Shown one piece after another: positions 8,144-16,977 of a stretch of DNA of 32,370 nt. The notes beneath the pieces were generated by a model that did not search any database, had not been told where the DNA came from, and saw nothing but the letters and a program-made list of their open reading frames with translations. Positions within the stretch are counted from its first letter, which is position 1. Each line of letters opens with the position of its first letter. Origin of the DNA: Oscillospiraceae bacterium (GTDB lineage: Bacteria > Bacillota > Clostridia > Oscillospirales > Ruminococcaceae); NCBI GenBank assembly GCA_017410745.1, contig JAFPPJ010000290.1:1-32370 (forward strand). The letters are read 5' to 3'. Made by a program: the position numbers and the translations under genes.

Positions 8144-10282
8144 TTATCTTCTGATAAGTGCCAGCATAGTGATATCATCGAACTGCGGAGCCTCTCCCAC
8201 AAATCCGTCAAGTGCCGCAGTCATATTCTCAAGCAGTGCCGCAGGCTCTGCACCGGGCTCCTTATTGAGCGCTTCAAGCATCCTGTCTGTTCCGAAAAGC
8301 TGTTCATCGGCATTTGTCGCCTCAGCGACGCCATCGGTATAGAGGAAGAGAGAACCACCCTTTTCTACTGTAAATGTGTAGTCTTTATATTTAACACCTT
8401 CCATGCCTCCGACTACAAAGCCATGCTTATCCTTGAAAAGCTCAAAACTGCCGTCAGCCTTCTTTATCATCGGGTATTCATGTCCTGCATTCGCCGCCGT
8501 AACGATACCGGTGGATATCTCAAATATACCGAGCCATACGGTAACGAACATTTCCTCTTCGTTATTCTTGCATATCGCTGCATTGACCTGTTCGAGCACC
8601 TTCGCAGGAGAGCCGCCCATCATAGCATAGTTGTTCACAAGTATCTTTGACATCATCATGAACAATGCCGCAGGCACGCCCTTGCCGGAAACGTCCGCCA
8701 TAACGAGACCGAGATGGTCATCATCTATCAGGAAGAAATCGTAGAAATCTCCTCCTACCTCCTTGGCAGGCTTCATGGATGCGTACACATCAAATTCTGT
8801 GCGCTCGGGGAAGGGCGGGAAAATATTCGGGAGCATATCCGCCTGTATCTTCCGCGCGAGATCGAGCTCTGCGCCGATCCTTTCCTTCTCAGCAGTGATC
8901 CTTGTTATATCAAGGATATACTGTCTTGTCTTCTTGGCAAGGTCATCGAAGGACTCTGCAAGGACTTCTATTTCATCGCCTGTCTTGTACAGATCCTTCA
9001 TCTCGAACATTTTGCCCGTATTGCCGCTCTCGATGATAGTCTTTGTCATGTCCTCAACGGGATATACTATCCTGTTTGCAAGTATCATGGAAGCAGCAAG
9101 TCCGAGGACAAGTATCAGTACCACTACAACAAGGATGATATTGTTGTAGAGACTGAATCCAGCCTTGTACTCTGCTCTTGCAGAATTGCTTATGGTATTG
9201 CATTCATTTATCAGCTGCTGCGTCGGGATGAGGGTCACCGACCTTTCCACAACCGATACAACAGCCCAGTTCACAGACTTGAGCGGTGAGCCTGCAAGAT
9301 AATACTCCACGCCGTCTGCGGTGATCTTGCGTATCCCCGTTCTTTCCTCAAGAGCATCCTTGAAAAACTCATCAAGTTCGGGACATGACGTGTTCTCGTC
9401 GGAATTATACGGTGCAAAAGGCCCCTCTGTCATAGGCGAGAAGATCATTCTTCCGCTGCCGTCAACAACACTGACAAATCCGCCCGAATTACTGGAGGAA
9501 TTGACATATTCCGCCATATTCGTAAGGAACACATCAGCGCCTACTACGCACACCAGCTCGCCGTCCTTATATACGGGAGCCACACATGCCACAGCATCTA
9601 TGCCAGTATGGCTGTCCTGATATATATCCGAAAAGCATACATCGCCTTTCTCCACAGCCATCTTGTACCACGGGCGGTTCGTGACATCGAGTATGCGCAT
9701 GGGTCTGCCCTTGTCATCCACATATGCGCCGGCTCTGTCATTCACGATTATTATATGTCCGTCGGGAGTGGCTACATAGCAGGACTCCAGCTTATCGGCG
9801 GTCTTGTACATAGACAGCATTATGTCGCCCATGTTGCTGACTACGGTGAGATACCTCGACTGAGTATCCGCACCCGATTCATGCATGTACTGCACTGTCG
9901 GTATGCCGTCATTATCCGCAACGGCATAGTTGATGGTCTGTCTTGCACATTGATCCTCTACCTGGAACAGACCGTTTGCAAACGCCTGCATGGTCAGGAC
10001 ATCGTTCTTCACATCGGTGAACATATCTTCAGCGATATAGGCCTGCAGCGCATTGGTCTTGACCATAGATGAATCTATGATCGCATTCATGGTGTTCTCA
10101 GAAACGGCAGATATCGCTTCCTGCTGCTTATCCGAGGACGTGCTCACAAGCTTTGCGAGCGTGCTGCCCTGGTGGATGGATGCACCAAGAAAGACGATCA
10201 CCGTAACAAGCAGTGATATAAGGACAAGATTGAGTATCTTTTGCTGCAGTCCTCCGAATGTCAAACCAAATTTCTTTATCAT
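8144..10282 (-). CDS. Membrane sensor Ser/Thr phosphatase: Cache - HAMP - PP2C (SpoIIE/RsbU family)
   Basis: Two TM helices flanking an extracellular region with the dCache-like motif RPWY...YQDSHTG...VVGAD; HAMP DEIEVLAESF; PP2C motifs GGDFYD, ADVSGKG, NAGH, YTDG..EA, DDIT intact. Confidence 0.93.
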   Translation of the reverse strand: MIKKFGLTFGGLQQKILNLVLISLLVTVIVFLGASIHQGSTLAKLVSTSSDKQQEAISAVSENTMNAIIDSSMVKTNALQAYIAEDMFTDVKNDVLTMQAFANGLFQVEDQCARQTINYAVADNDGIPTVQYMHESGADTQSRYLTVVSNMGDIMLSMYKTADKLESCYVATPDGHIIIVNDRAGAYVDDKGRPMRILDVTNRPWYKMAVEKGDVCFSDIYQDSHTGIDAVACVAPVYKDGELVCVVGADVFLTNMAEYVNSSSNSGGFVSVVDGSGRMIFSPMTEGPFAPYNSDENTSCPELDEFFKDALEERTGIRKITADGVEYYLAGSPLKSVNWAVVSVVERSVTLIPTQQLINECNTISNSARAEYKAGFSLYNNIILVVVVLILVLGLAASMILANRIVYPVEDMTKTIIESGNTGKMFEMKDLYKTGDEIEVLAESFDDLAKKTRQYILDITRITAEKERIGAELDLARKIQADMLPNIFPPFPERTEFDVYASMKPAKEVGGDFYDFFLIDDDHLGLVMADVSGKGVPAALFMMMSKILVNNYAMMGGSPAKVLEQVNAAICKNNEEEMFVTVWLGIFEISTGIVTAANAGHEYPMIKKADGSFELFKDKHGFVVGGMEGVKYKDYTFTVEKGGSLFLYTDGVAEATNADEQLFGTDRMLEALNKEPGAEPAALLENMTAALDGFVGEAPQFDDITMLALIRR

Positions 10283-10342
10283 TCACAACACCTCTGTTAT
10301 GGACAGATGCCTGACGGTGTGTGTTCATCAAAACACACTATG

Positions 10343-10753
10343 TCAGCTCAATCCCTTTATAAGAGTAAGGATATTGTGCCCGTCTTTATACTCATACTTT
10401 ATATCATCCATAGTCTTCTTGACCATGAATATCCCAAGGCCGCCGATCTGCCTCTCCTCCGCAGAGAGGGAAATATCGGGATCGGCCTTTGCAAGCGGAT
10501 CATAGGGTACACCGTGATCTATGAAGGTGATGTCAACTATAGCCGGATCGTGCGATATCTCTACCCTTACGGTAGCAGGGCCTACATCCGGATCATATGC
10601 GTAGTGGGCGATATTTACAAATATCTCCTCCACCGCAAGATCTATCTGCATCTGTATCTTCATTGGGCATCCGGCATTTTCAAGTTCATTGTCAACAAAT
10701 CCAAGCACCTGTCCGAGATTATCCGTAAGTGCTTCTATCACAAGCTCGCGCAT
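10343..10753 (-). CDS. RsbW/SpoIIAB-like anti-sigma factor Ser kinase
   Basis: LAVEEIFVNIAHYAY, IDHGVPYDP, GGLGIFMVKK; ATG 10753 behind GGAAGGAG. Confidence 0.92.
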   Translation of the reverse strand: MRELVIEALTDNLGQVLGFVDNELENAGCPMKIQMQIDLAVEEIFVNIAHYAYDPDVGPATVRVEISHDPAIVDITFIDHGVPYDPLAKADPDISLSAEERQIGGLGIFMVKKTMDDIKYEYKDGHNILTLIKGLS

Positions 10754-10789
10754 AAGCATCTCCTTCCCGCGTATACTGACACCTGTCCG

Positions 10790-11086
10790 TCATTCGATAG
10801 TGAGGATATCGGAAAATCCCGTCACCTCAAATATCTCCATGATATCTTCGCTTACGCCTATGAGCTTCATAGAGCCCTGCTTGTTCATTATCTTCTGAGC
10901 AGAGAGGAGCACACGAAGTCCTGCAGATGAGATATACTCCACATCCTTGAAATCTATTATGAGCTCGCTCGCATTCCCGAGAGATCCCTTGAGTTCCTTT
11001 TCGAGGTCGGGAGCGGTAGTGGTATCTATCCTGCCCTCCACAGCAATAGTAAGAACAGTTCCCTCGAGATTCTTGTTGATAGTCAT
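10790..11086 (-). CDS. STAS anti-anti-sigma factor (RsbV/SpoIIAA-like)
   Basis: GRIDTTTA, DFKDVEYISSAGLRVL (phospho-acceptor Ser motif), IFEVTGF. Confidence 0.95.
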   Translation of the reverse strand: MTINKNLEGTVLTIAVEGRIDTTTAPDLEKELKGSLGNASELIIDFKDVEYISSAGLRVLLSAQKIMNKQGSMKLIGVSEDIMEIFEVTGFSDILTIE

Positions 11087-11134
11087 AGTTTATCTTCCTT
11101 TCAATACTTTATCTGTTTTATGAGCTTTACAGCA

Positions 11135-11437
11135 TCAATTCGGTCTTATCTGCACATTGAAGATACCGTCGAAACCTGTCATCTCAAACAGTTCATAGAC
11201 GTACGGAGATACATCACGCACGATGAGCTGTTCTCCTACGGCCTTTCTCACACGCATCAGCGCCCTTAGTCCTCCGCTTGAGATATAGTCGAGCTCCGCT
11301 GCATCAAAAACAGGTATCTTGCCGGGATAATTATTCAGGATATTGATTATCTTGTACTCGGTCATATCCGCATTTGAAGAATCTATTCGGTCCTCAAGAG
11401 ATATCACCACATTGCCGCCGCTGATAAACGAATCCAT
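11135..11437 (-). CDS. Second STAS-domain protein
   Basis: RIDSSNA, DAAELDYISSGGLRAL, LFEMTGF; RBS AAGGGGGG. Confidence 0.9.
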   Translation of the reverse strand: MDSFISGGNVVISLEDRIDSSNADMTEYKIINILNNYPGKIPVFDAAELDYISSGGLRALMRVRKAVGEQLIVRDVSPYVYELFEMTGFDGIFNVQIRPN

Positions 11438-11481
11438 ATTTATCCCCCCTTCTATGTACTGACCATACCAAAGTCACTTTT

Positions 11482-11510
11482 ATTATACCACAAACCAATA
11501 GAAATTACAA
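11482..11510 (-). promoter_or_regulatory. sigmaA promoter of the STAS/PP2C/exporter operon
   Basis: Minus strand TTGTAA (11510-11505), 17 bp, TATAAT (11487-11482), extended -10 TG. Confidence 0.75.
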
Positions 11511-11599
11511 GAGTTATCGAAAAAATGTATCCGTTCATCGTGCAATACTAATTGTTCAAAGCAGCACTTTTCGTTATTTTGCACAAATTTAAAAAACTC

Positions 11600-11628
11600 T
11601 TGACATTTCAATTTAGATATAGTATAAT
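11600..11628 (+). promoter_or_regulatory. Consensus sigmaA promoter of the peptide gene
   Basis: TTGACA (11600-11605), 17 bp, TATAAT (11623-11628). Confidence 0.88.
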
Positions 11629-11674
11629 CATGATACAGAGAGATATCCCTGATAATATTCACAGAGGTGATAAC

Positions 11675-11905
11675 ATGGAGGTAAAAGAAATGGAACTTGA
11701 CATGCTGGAGAAAGTGACCGGCGGAGCAGCAGCTCCTGATGATAAGCAGGCAATGGAAGATTTCAAGAGTGCCTGGGTAGCTTTAGGGCTTGACGGCAAA
11801 TACTCCTCACATGTACGCAACCAGGTCGGCGACAGCTGGATAAAGGCAGGCTGCGCAGAGACCGCAGAGGAATATATAAACGCATGGCTCGCTAATCAGA
11901 CCTGA
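11675..11905 (+). CDS. 76-aa precursor peptide with double-glycine leader (probable substrate of the C39 exporter)
   Basis: RBS GAGGTGA then ATG 11675; MEVKEMELDMLEKVTGG fits the L-x2-(I/V)-x-GG leader consensus; 59-aa core; own promoter and terminator. Confidence 0.85.
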   Translation: MEVKEMELDMLEKVTGGAAAPDDKQAMEDFKSAWVALGLDGKYSSHVRNQVGDSWIKAGCAETAEEYINAWLANQT

Positions 11906-11921
11906 CCGGCTCATGCCGCAT

Positions 11922-11952
11922 ATCAGCCGTACTGCAAGGTACGGCTGATTTT
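11922..11952 (+). terminator. Rho-independent terminator of the peptide gene
   Basis: ATCAGCCGTAC-TGCAAG-GTACGGCTGAT followed by TTTATATT. Confidence 0.85.
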
Positions 11953-11995
11953 ATATTATACGTCATTAATGTTCGGAAATATGTCGTTTAATTTG

Positions 11996-13468
11996 TCAGC
12001 CAAGCTTCTTTTCTATTGCCTTGATTATTATCCTGAGGGCTTTGAGTCGTGCATATCGCTTATCGTTGGATTCAAGCACATGCCACGGTGCAAAATCAGT
12101 ATTTGTCTTCTGCAGCATCTCATCCACTGCAGTCTCATACTGATCCCATTTCTCGCGGTTGCGCCAGTCCTCGTCGGTGATCTTCCACTGCTTTTCGGGA
12201 GTGTTCTGCCTGTCGGTAAATCTCGCAAGCTGCGTATCCTTGTCGATATGCACCCAGAACTTGATCACCACCGCATTCCAGTCGGCAAGCTCCTTCTCGA
12301 ACTCATTTATCTCGTTATAGGCACGCTGCCAGTCATTTTCCGAGCAGAATCCTTCTATGCGTTCCACCATCACGCGGCCGTACCACGTTCTGTCGAATAT
12401 GGCGATATGTCCGTCCTTCGGCAGACGCTTCCAGAATCTCCACAGATAATGCCGTGCCTTTTCAGCAGGCTCGGGGCTTGCGATAGGATGCACCTCGCAT
12501 CCGCGGGGATCGAGTGCCGATGCGACTCTCTTGATATTCCCGCCCTTTCCCGCGGCATCCCAGCCCTCATATGCTATGATAACAGGTATCTTCTTGAGAT
12601 ATATCTCATTATGCAGCTCGCTGAGCCGCTTCTGCAGCCTGTCAAGCTCTGTCCTGTACTCCTCCTCGGTAACAGTCTTGTCAAGCGATATCTCACTCAG
12701 AGCGGGTATGGGCCTCAGCGCAAAGGTATTCTGAAGCAGAGGCGACTGCCTGTTTTCCGCATTCTTCAGGGCAGTATCTATCGCGGAAAGAAGTATCTCG
12801 GTCATCTGGAGCTCTGCCCATTTTCTGTTCGTGGAGTCGATGAAATACCACGGCGCTACGAACTGATTGGTGGCCTCTATATATTCATCATACACATCAA
12901 GGCATTTGTCATAGTATTTGTTCTGCCATCTGTCGGTATCCGAAACGCGCCATGCAGTTACCTTATCATCCTCAAGCGCCTTTATGCGCTTGCGCTGTGT
13001 CTTTTCGCTGATATGGAAGAAGAACTTCACCACAAGGTATCCGTTGTCATTGAGCTGACGTTCAAAGCGCTTTATGCTTGTAAGATACTTTTTGTATTCA
13101 CGCTCGCCGATCTCGCCCATAAGATAGCGCGATGTCACCTCGCCCATCCATCCTCCGTCAAAGAACGAGAACTGTCCTGCTGCAGGTATCCTTACGAAAT
13201 ATCTGTATAGGAATGGCTCCCTCTGTTCATCGGCAGTGGGCATTTTCAGCGTCTCGCATTTGTAGAATCTCGGGTCCATATTTCTTATCATCTTGCCGAG
13301 TGCGCTGCCCTTTCCTGCTGCGCCCCATCCGTCAAGCACCACCAGTACCGGCAGCTTCTTTTCCTTTATTTCCATCTGCTTTTTCACAAGTTCACCGCGT
13401 GCCTTTTCGAGCCGCTCTGCAATTATATCATCATCAGGTCTTTCCGGACGTACCCATTCCTTCAGCAT
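11996..13468 (-). CDS. pap: Polyphosphate:AMP phosphotransferase (two-domain PPK2)
   Basis: Two PPK2 domains: DGWGAAGKG and EGWDAAGKGG P-loops, FDRTWYGRV, WKITDEDWRNR. Confidence 0.92.
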   Translation of the reverse strand: MLKEWVRPERPDDDIIAERLEKARGELVKKQMEIKEKKLPVLVVLDGWGAAGKGSALGKMIRNMDPRFYKCETLKMPTADEQREPFLYRYFVRIPAAGQFSFFDGGWMGEVTSRYLMGEIGEREYKKYLTSIKRFERQLNDNGYLVVKFFFHISEKTQRKRIKALEDDKVTAWRVSDTDRWQNKYYDKCLDVYDEYIEATNQFVAPWYFIDSTNRKWAELQMTEILLSAIDTALKNAENRQSPLLQNTFALRPIPALSEISLDKTVTEEEYRTELDRLQKRLSELHNEIYLKKIPVIIAYEGWDAAGKGGNIKRVASALDPRGCEVHPIASPEPAEKARHYLWRFWKRLPKDGHIAIFDRTWYGRVMVERIEGFCSENDWQRAYNEINEFEKELADWNAVVIKFWVHIDKDTQLARFTDRQNTPEKQWKITDEDWRNREKWDQYETAVDEMLQKTNTDFAPWHVLESNDKRYARLKALRIIIKAIEKKLG

Positions 13469-13541
13469 AATACACCCTCCTCGTCATATAGTCGTAGATC
13501 ATATTCGCACATCAAGCCCTGATACATAGAGCTTTGAACTC

Positions 13542-13570
13542 ATTATACCAGTTAGTGGAAGCTGTTTCCA
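13542..13570 (-). promoter_or_regulatory. Probable extended -10 promoter of pap
   Basis: Minus strand TGGAAA, 17 bp, TG-G-TATAAT. Confidence 0.55.
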
Positions 13571-13707
13571 GTAGCATATTACACAAAAAATTCACATAAG
13601 ATTTGTAAGTTATATATTTTTACGCAAAGAGTATATATATTTAACCGACAGACCCGAAAAAAGGACACCCTGATAAATCTTTTGCCGCCGCTTTTTACTG
13701 TGAGCAT

Positions 13708-13744
13708 AAAAGCTCCGAAGCAGCAATTACTGCTTCGGAGCTTT
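13708..13744 (-). terminator. Rho-independent terminator of the long minus-strand operon
   Basis: AAAGCTCCGAAGCAG-CAATTA-CTGCTTCGGAGCTTT, 10 nt after the stop codon at 13754. Confidence 0.88.
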
Positions 13745-13753
13745 GAGTTCTAT

Positions 13754-14491
13754 TCATTCCGCCCTGTTCTGACGGTAACGGTATACATAGGATCTGCCTC
13801 TTTTCCCGAGCCTGTCAAGTATCCCCGCTTTATACAGTGATGCAAGAGCGGCCGAGGCATAGTTGCCGGGTATATGCTGTATCCGTGCGAGCTCGGGGCT
13901 GATGAGCTCCTTTTCGGTAAGACCGGGGATCAGCTTTTCCCAGTCCCGCGGAGAGTCGATATTGATCTGATCCACAAGGCGTGTCGGGAAACGGTCTATG
14001 ACAGATGTGCCGATATGGCCGTTTTCGCCCTTCCTGCGGTATTCATCGCATTCAAGCACCATGATCACAAACGACAGCGAACTATCCGAAAGGAACTCGG
14101 ATATCTGATATACCTCACGGAATATGCTGTAAGGAGTGTCCTTCTGAGGAGATCTGCGCGCGCGTATCACACTGCCGTCCGGATCTATCTCCACAAGGCG
14201 CTTGTTTGTAAATACCGGGTATACCACGGTAACATGCGCCACCGGCAGAAATGCACGCAGCTTTTCCCTTAGGTTTTTGAAATGTGATGTCTGTATCTCT
14301 ATTATGCCGTTCTCTCCGACTATATCAGCGATGAACCTGCCGACAGATGTCTCCTGGCTGTCATGGTCGGTCTCAAAGTAATTCTTGAGTACAGCATGTA
14401 CGGAGCCTTCGCTTTCCGTGCCTATCCCCTTCACGAGCCGTTTGCCTTCGCTGACGCGTCGGCAGGCTTCCTCAAATGCCAAAGTATCCAT
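13754..14491 (-). CDS. Hypothetical protein with PD-(D/E)xK-like nuclease motif and probable C-terminal winged HTH
   Basis: E...H..LK, ADI...IIEIQT pattern (CoiA-like ExQ variant); C-terminal ELARIQ...ASAALASLYKAGILDRLGKRGRSYVY. Confidence 0.55.
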   Translation of the reverse strand: MDTLAFEEACRRVSEGKRLVKGIGTESEGSVHAVLKNYFETDHDSQETSVGRFIADIVGENGIIEIQTSHFKNLREKLRAFLPVAHVTVVYPVFTNKRLVEIDPDGSVIRARRSPQKDTPYSIFREVYQISEFLSDSSLSFVIMVLECDEYRRKGENGHIGTSVIDRFPTRLVDQINIDSPRDWEKLIPGLTEKELISPELARIQHIPGNYASAALASLYKAGILDRLGKRGRSYVYRYRQNRAE

Positions 14492-15705
14492 TACTCACCG
14501 TCTTTAGCTTCATTCATAGCTGAAATGATCTCCGGATATCTCCATTCATAGCTCGACCTGTCAAGAAGTCCGAAAGCCTCTCCGCTTATAAATGCGTTGT
14601 TATCCCACCAGAAACAGGGTATACCCTTTTCCTTTGCTGCATGTATGTAATATTTTGCCCATTCTGCACGATCCTTGTTGTTGAACCTGTTTCTTGCGCC
14701 CATTTCGCCGATTATCACGGCATGGCCGTTTTTCAGGAACAGTTCATCAAGAGTATACATGAGCATATCTATATCGTTCGTATCGCTGCTGCTGTCTGCG
14801 CTCCATTCCTTGACCGCACTGTCCTGCTCTGCAAGTGCGAAGCGATAGGGTATATATGCGTGTACCGATACTATTACCTTATCATCATCGGGAACTTTTA
14901 TATCAGCAAGCACAGATTCGGATGATGATGCAGCGTATCCGGGGATCATAAGATGACGCTTGGCATTGTTGCCGCCCTTTGCACGGATAGTCTTCACAAA
15001 AGCTGCGTTCCAGCGGTTTATGATCTCCCTTGAAGCGGCATCTCCGCCTGTCCATTCAAGAGGAGTGCCTCTGAGTCTCGGCTCATTCATGCACTCGAAA
15101 ATGAGCTTCTCGTTGTACCCTTCGAAATAGTCAGCTATCTGGCTCCATAGAGCGCACAGCTTTTCCTCCGCTGCATCTGCGTTGTCTTCCTTGGGATCGT
15201 TCCAGCCCTCATGATGCATATTGATTATGACATACATATCGTTCTCAAAGGCATAGTCTGCTATTTCCTTTACCCTTGCGAGCCATGCCTCATCTATCTT
15301 ATAATCGGGGCCTTCACCGAATTTTCCGTCCCATGTCACCGGGAGTCTCAGCCCGTTGAAGCCCACCAGCTTCACGGAATCTATCATCTTCTTCGTAGTC
15401 TCCGGATTGCCCCAGCAGGTCTCCCAGTCTGCAGGAGTCTCACTGCCCGAGGGGTCATCCTTCGTGGCATCCATCGTATTTCCCAGATTCCAGCCAAGCT
15501 TTATCTCCTTTACGAGCTCTGTAGAAGGGATATCGCGCATGGGTGCTGCTGCAAATTCTGGTATAGCCGTCTTTGCGGTCTCCTGCACCTCGGTCTGCAC
15601 TGTGGTCTGAGTCTGCACGCTCACATTGTCATTGCCCCTGCACGCTGAAAGGCTCAGTATAAGTGCGGCAGCAGCGGCAAATGCCGTAAATCTGTATCTT
15701 TTCAT
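14491..15705 (-). CDS. GH5 endoglucanase (likely subfamily 4), lipoprotein
   Basis: GWNLGNTMDA, RLPVTW, INMHH, NEP (acid/base), HAY, IGEMG (nucleophile), WWDN; lipobox LSAC; ATG 15705 behind GGAAGG. Confidence 0.93.
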   Translation of the reverse strand: MKRYRFTAFAAAAALILSLSACRGNDNVSVQTQTTVQTEVQETAKTAIPEFAAAPMRDIPSTELVKEIKLGWNLGNTMDATKDDPSGSETPADWETCWGNPETTKKMIDSVKLVGFNGLRLPVTWDGKFGEGPDYKIDEAWLARVKEIADYAFENDMYVIINMHHEGWNDPKEDNADAAEEKLCALWSQIADYFEGYNEKLIFECMNEPRLRGTPLEWTGGDAASREIINRWNAAFVKTIRAKGGNNAKRHLMIPGYAASSSESVLADIKVPDDDKVIVSVHAYIPYRFALAEQDSAVKEWSADSSSDTNDIDMLMYTLDELFLKNGHAVIIGEMGARNRFNNKDRAEWAKYYIHAAKEKGIPCFWWDNNAFISGEAFGLLDRSSYEWRYPEIISAMNEAKDGE

Positions 15706-15727
15706 ACATTTTCCTTCCGATCGTCTG

Positions 15728-16531
15728 TCACAGCTTCTCTGCAAACTGCTCTATGAGCCTGTTCACCGCATCGGGACGATCTGTATTTGAATTATGTGCT
15801 GCATCGTCTATCCATGCGATATCATAGCCTGTATCCCTGCTCCACTGCCTGTTGAAGCGTCTCACAAGGCCTGTGATATCCTGTTTGCCGCATATGAGGA
15901 GCACAGGGCACGAACACTCTGCATCTATATCCCTGTCTATGGCCTCGGCTACCATATAGAAGCCATTTCCCATAAGACGGCAGTATTCCTCTTTTGAATA
16001 ATCCGAAAGCGTCCTGTACATCAGTCTCTGACCGTACAGTGTCCTTGCCACCGATACGGAGACGAGTATTTTCATCAGCTGCCACGGGTACATAAGGAAT
16101 ATTTTCTCTGTACGCCTGAGTATAAACTTTGTCATGGCACTCATGTATTTATTGGCAAGCGAAGATGAGTCTATCGAGATAAATCCTGCTGCCTCACCGG
16201 GGTACTCCTTCATGAAGCACTGGGATACATAGCCTCCCATAGACTGCCCTATCAGAAGCGGATGAGTGATATTTTCCTTCTCCATTATCCCATGAAGCCA
16301 GTGAGCCTTGTCAAATATATCGAACGGAGCGTCAAACGGCCTTGAAAGTCCGTGACCCGGCGCATCCCATACAAGTATATCATATTTCCCGCGGAAATAG
16401 CTTATCTGCTTTTCAAACAGTCTGTGATCCGCAGAAAGGCCGGGAAGGAACACCAGTGTAATGCCGTTATCGGATGCTCCTTTTATGAATGAATAGTGTA
16501 TATCACCCTTTTGTGTATGGAATATGCTCAT
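15728..16531 (-). CDS. Alpha/beta hydrolase
   Basis: DAPGHGLS, GQSMG nucleophile elbow, GKQD, AAHNS. Confidence 0.9.
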   Translation of the reverse strand: MSIFHTQKGDIHYSFIKGASDNGITLVFLPGLSADHRLFEKQISYFRGKYDILVWDAPGHGLSRPFDAPFDIFDKAHWLHGIMEKENITHPLLIGQSMGGYVSQCFMKEYPGEAAGFISIDSSSLANKYMSAMTKFILRRTEKIFLMYPWQLMKILVSVSVARTLYGQRLMYRTLSDYSKEEYCRLMGNGFYMVAEAIDRDIDAECSCPVLLICGKQDITGLVRRFNRQWSRDTGYDIAWIDDAAHNSNTDRPDAVNRLIEQFAEKL

Positions 16532-16977
16532 GATATGATCCCTCCGATGTCTTCAAGCAATATCCGTCTGGCTTGTTCGTATTTTTTTACGCGTTCCCTG
16601 TCTCGTTCCGATACATTATCGAGTCTGGTCAGATCGCTGTTGTGCGAAAGGTCGGCGAGCTTCACCCTGACAGCCAGTGGATCCGAACGTATCGCGCGGA
16701 CATAATCGAAATAATCCACGCCGTCCTTATGTGTAAGAAGCTCCAGCGCGTGAACGATCTCTTCCGGGAAGCCCTCGTTTCTTATATCCTCTATCGTCAT
16801 GTCCGTATCTTCCACAGTGTCATGCAGAAGCGCCGCACATACCGAATACTCATCTTCCATCATCTCAGCCAGATGATACGGATGGAATATATACGGCAGT
16901 CCCGAACGGTCATACTGCCCCATGTGGGCATTATATGCGATAAGCAGCGCTTTCTTTGTCAGGTCGGTATAGATCAT
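16528..16977 (-). CDS. Stand-alone RelA/SpoT-type HD hydrolase (SAH/Mesh1-like)
   Basis: AH.GQ.DRSG.PY..HP, ALLHDTVED, VKLADLSHN; no synthetase domain. Confidence 0.82.
   Translation of the reverse strand: MIYTDLTKKALLIAYNAHMGQYDRSGLPYIFHPYHLAEMMEDEYSVCAALLHDTVEDTDMTIEDIRNEGFPEEIVHALELLTHKDGVDYFDYVRAIRSDPLAVRVKLADLSHNSDLTRLDNVSERDRERVKKYEQARRILLEDIGGIIS

Noticed and set aside
11552-11674. 41-aa N-terminal extension of the peptide ORF
   Set aside because: Spans the promoter; the RBS sits before ATG 11675
11969-13210. 413-aa plus-strand ORF
   Set aside because: Antisense shadow of pap; no motifs or RBS
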